Positions 61,978 through 64,000 of a stretch of 64,000 nt of DNA are shown here, piece after piece. Location of the stretch: the NCBI GenBank assembly GCA_048013815.1, contig CM106586.1:18662001-18726000 (forward strand), given 5' to 3'. Under the pieces are notes generated by a model that searched no databases, was not told where the DNA came from, and saw only the letters and a list, made by a program, of their open reading frames with translations. A program made the translations under genes and the position numbers. This DNA comes from Setoptus koraiensis. Lineage: Eukaryota; Animalia; Arthropoda. Position 1 is the stretch's first letter, and each line of letters begins with the position of its first letter.

Positions 61978-62433
61978 CTAAGGTGTTGTTTTGTCAGTTT
62001 TTTTTAAAGAAAAGTTACATATCAATTCGTGTAAGTTACTCGGTGGCACTCTCATGTCTATGGGGTTCTTATGTGCCGCCAACAAACTTGTCATCCCTAT
62101 TAATGTGTGCGAAAGAGAGCCATCAGTTTGCAAACAAGTAAGTCGATTCGACAGATAAACTAACCGTCTTTTTCTCAGAGCCGAATTTAGTTCAACTACT
62201 TGTCGAGCTATTTTATGACATTGCACTGCGCCTGCAATCATTCCCTTTGGAATGAAAGTAAGTAGCGGAAGATTAGCATATTGTGCTCTATTTTTGCATG
62301 GAGGTTCCCTCGCCATGGCTGCTGCTAAATCAATTTGAAACCAATGGCTCCTAGTCAATTGACAGAGCGCACTGTCTACTGGCTTAGATTGGTTGTGATG
62401 CAGCATGACGGTTTTCGTTAGCGATAAGCTCAA
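61978..62433 (-). CDS. Hypothetical ORF, up to 151 aa
   Basis: Longest non-repetitive unexplained ORF in the 34-64 kb half. No homology recognised. Confidence 0.25.
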   Translation of the reverse strand: MSLSLTKTVMLHHNQSKPVDSALCQLTRSHWFQIDLAAAMAREPPCKNRAQYANLPLLTFIPKGMIAGAVQCHKIARQVVELNSALRKRRLVYLSNRLTCLQTDGSLSHTLIGMTSLLAAHKNPIDMRVPPSNLHELICNFSLKKTDKTTP

Positions 62434-64000
62434 TCAAATTACCAAAGAATCGCCGTGAGGATAGTTGTGAAAAAGATGCGATTGGCCTCTTTTATTTTAT
62501 GCTACTTCTTGAGTAGTGAGTCGTTGGATGGAGTCATTTTAACACACATGGTTGAATAGTAATAATAGTCTATAAAGACGTTGGCATTTTGAGAATGGTC
62601 CAAGGAGCGAATAAGAAAAAGTCGTTCGCTCGTCGTCCGATGCGCCGACAAGTGGACAAATCGCGACAATCAGCTTGAAACAAACAACAATACTAATCAA
62701 CTATGCACATCGATGAGTGAGTGTCGTCGATAAATATTCACGTGGTCTCATGTAATTTAGTATTTGTCGTCTCAAGTGGAATCATTTACTGGAGAGTGGC
62801 CGACACAAGAGTAAACAGAAAGGCTCTTCTTCACCGCCGGCCCCGGCCCCGTCCACTCAATTTCCATTCCATGAGCCGAGACCATTCGCTAGAGTGACCA
62901 GCAGCAAAATAACTGAGCCGAGCTACTTCGTCACAACGGGCAATAGCATTGGTAGGGAGGAGTTACAACGACAACGACAACGATGACGATATTAGATTAG
63001 CGGCTGGCGCACAAACGGCAGCGTTCAACATTGGCGCGGGCGGGGGATAAATTAAATAGAAACGAGCGCACAAATGATCTGAGGTCATTTATTCCCACGA
63101 TAATGTCAAAATAAGAATAAAAGAACCGGTGGTCTCGATATTAACTCGATGTGGCAGAGTAAAGAAAGGCAAGAGCCGGTCACCATTCGTCGCCAATAAC
63201 AAATAGAATAGAGGCCGAGAGGGAGAGAGCGAGAGTGACAGAGAATGCAAAGAAGAAATTGTTTAGCAACATCAAGATAAACACAGCGTAAAGAAGCCAT
63301 TTTACAGTTGCGCGACTCGGATGGCCTTGTTACAACACGAAAAGCTTCGCTCTCAATGTGGGCCGGCCCGAAACAGGGGCCAACACACTCTGACAGTCAC
63401 AACATTTGCCGCATGCGGCATCTATCTATCCGTTTGTATTATTGGGGTATTATTCTTTTTTATTCGCTGTCTTTCCAGCGAAGGAAAGCAACTCTAAAGT
63501 GAGCACAGCAAATCCGCGCGCGCGATCTAATATACAACGACAAGATTTATATAATATGTCTGATGCGGCGGCCGGCACGGCGGCAAGCTCGATCATCCGC
63601 ACAGATAGGCGACTTGCTAATGTCTCGGCGCTCGTCCCGTCAGCGCCCTCCCGCGCGATTCTTTGTTGTCTCGTTGTCTTGTAGTGGGATCAAAAATTAG
63701 AGATACATGCCAGAGATAAATAGTTGGCTCCCTCGGTGTCGTTAAGGAAATTTGGTTAAGCTGGTAGTTGCAGTTGCACATAATGCTGTTGTTTCAGTTT
63801 TTATAAAATAACAACAACAACAACAACAACTAAAACAACCGGTTGGGCCCCAATTGCGAGCAACTGCACACAACTGTCACGAGGTAGCGCAATTATAAAA
63901 GCTATAAAGTCTAGATTGGTGGCCTTCACATTTTGTGACTGCACTAGTGAAAAATGACATCATAAATGGGATGAATGAGAGATTAGAACAACAAACATGT

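Overview
Eukaryotic genomic DNA from a compact, intron-poor animal. An arthropod is likely and a mite such as an eriophyoid would fit, but the taxon is inferred, not shown. No CRISPR array, rRNA, tRNA or transposase was recognised. Three genes are confidently identified: (1) an intronless PRL/PTP4A prenylated phosphatase (+, 12028-12522); (2) dymeclin (-, 2 exons, 12796-15324), convergent with PRL; (3) a sex-peptide/MIP-receptor-like class A GPCR (-, at least 3 exons, 24404-27735) with a ~250-aa low-complexity insertion in intracellular loop 3. Between dymeclin and the GPCR is a ~2.9-kb tandem duplication carrying two orphan proteins with a signal peptide and a C-terminal TM segment. They share a TATA-box promoter and a ~580-nt identical core, but their His-rich stalk, TM and tail are strongly diverged. 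This pair is the best candidate for an undescribed system. A small orphan secreted protein lies at 60387-60635, with a weaker candidate at 36861-37109. The long non-coding tracts (1-11 kb, 34-58 kb) hold several perfect inverted repeats with 13-25 bp arms, short tandem duplications and microsatellites. Two weak ncRNA resemblances (7SL-like at ~23.0 kb, U6-like at ~8.55 kb) need covariance-model testing. All alignments and coordinates were worked out by eye.
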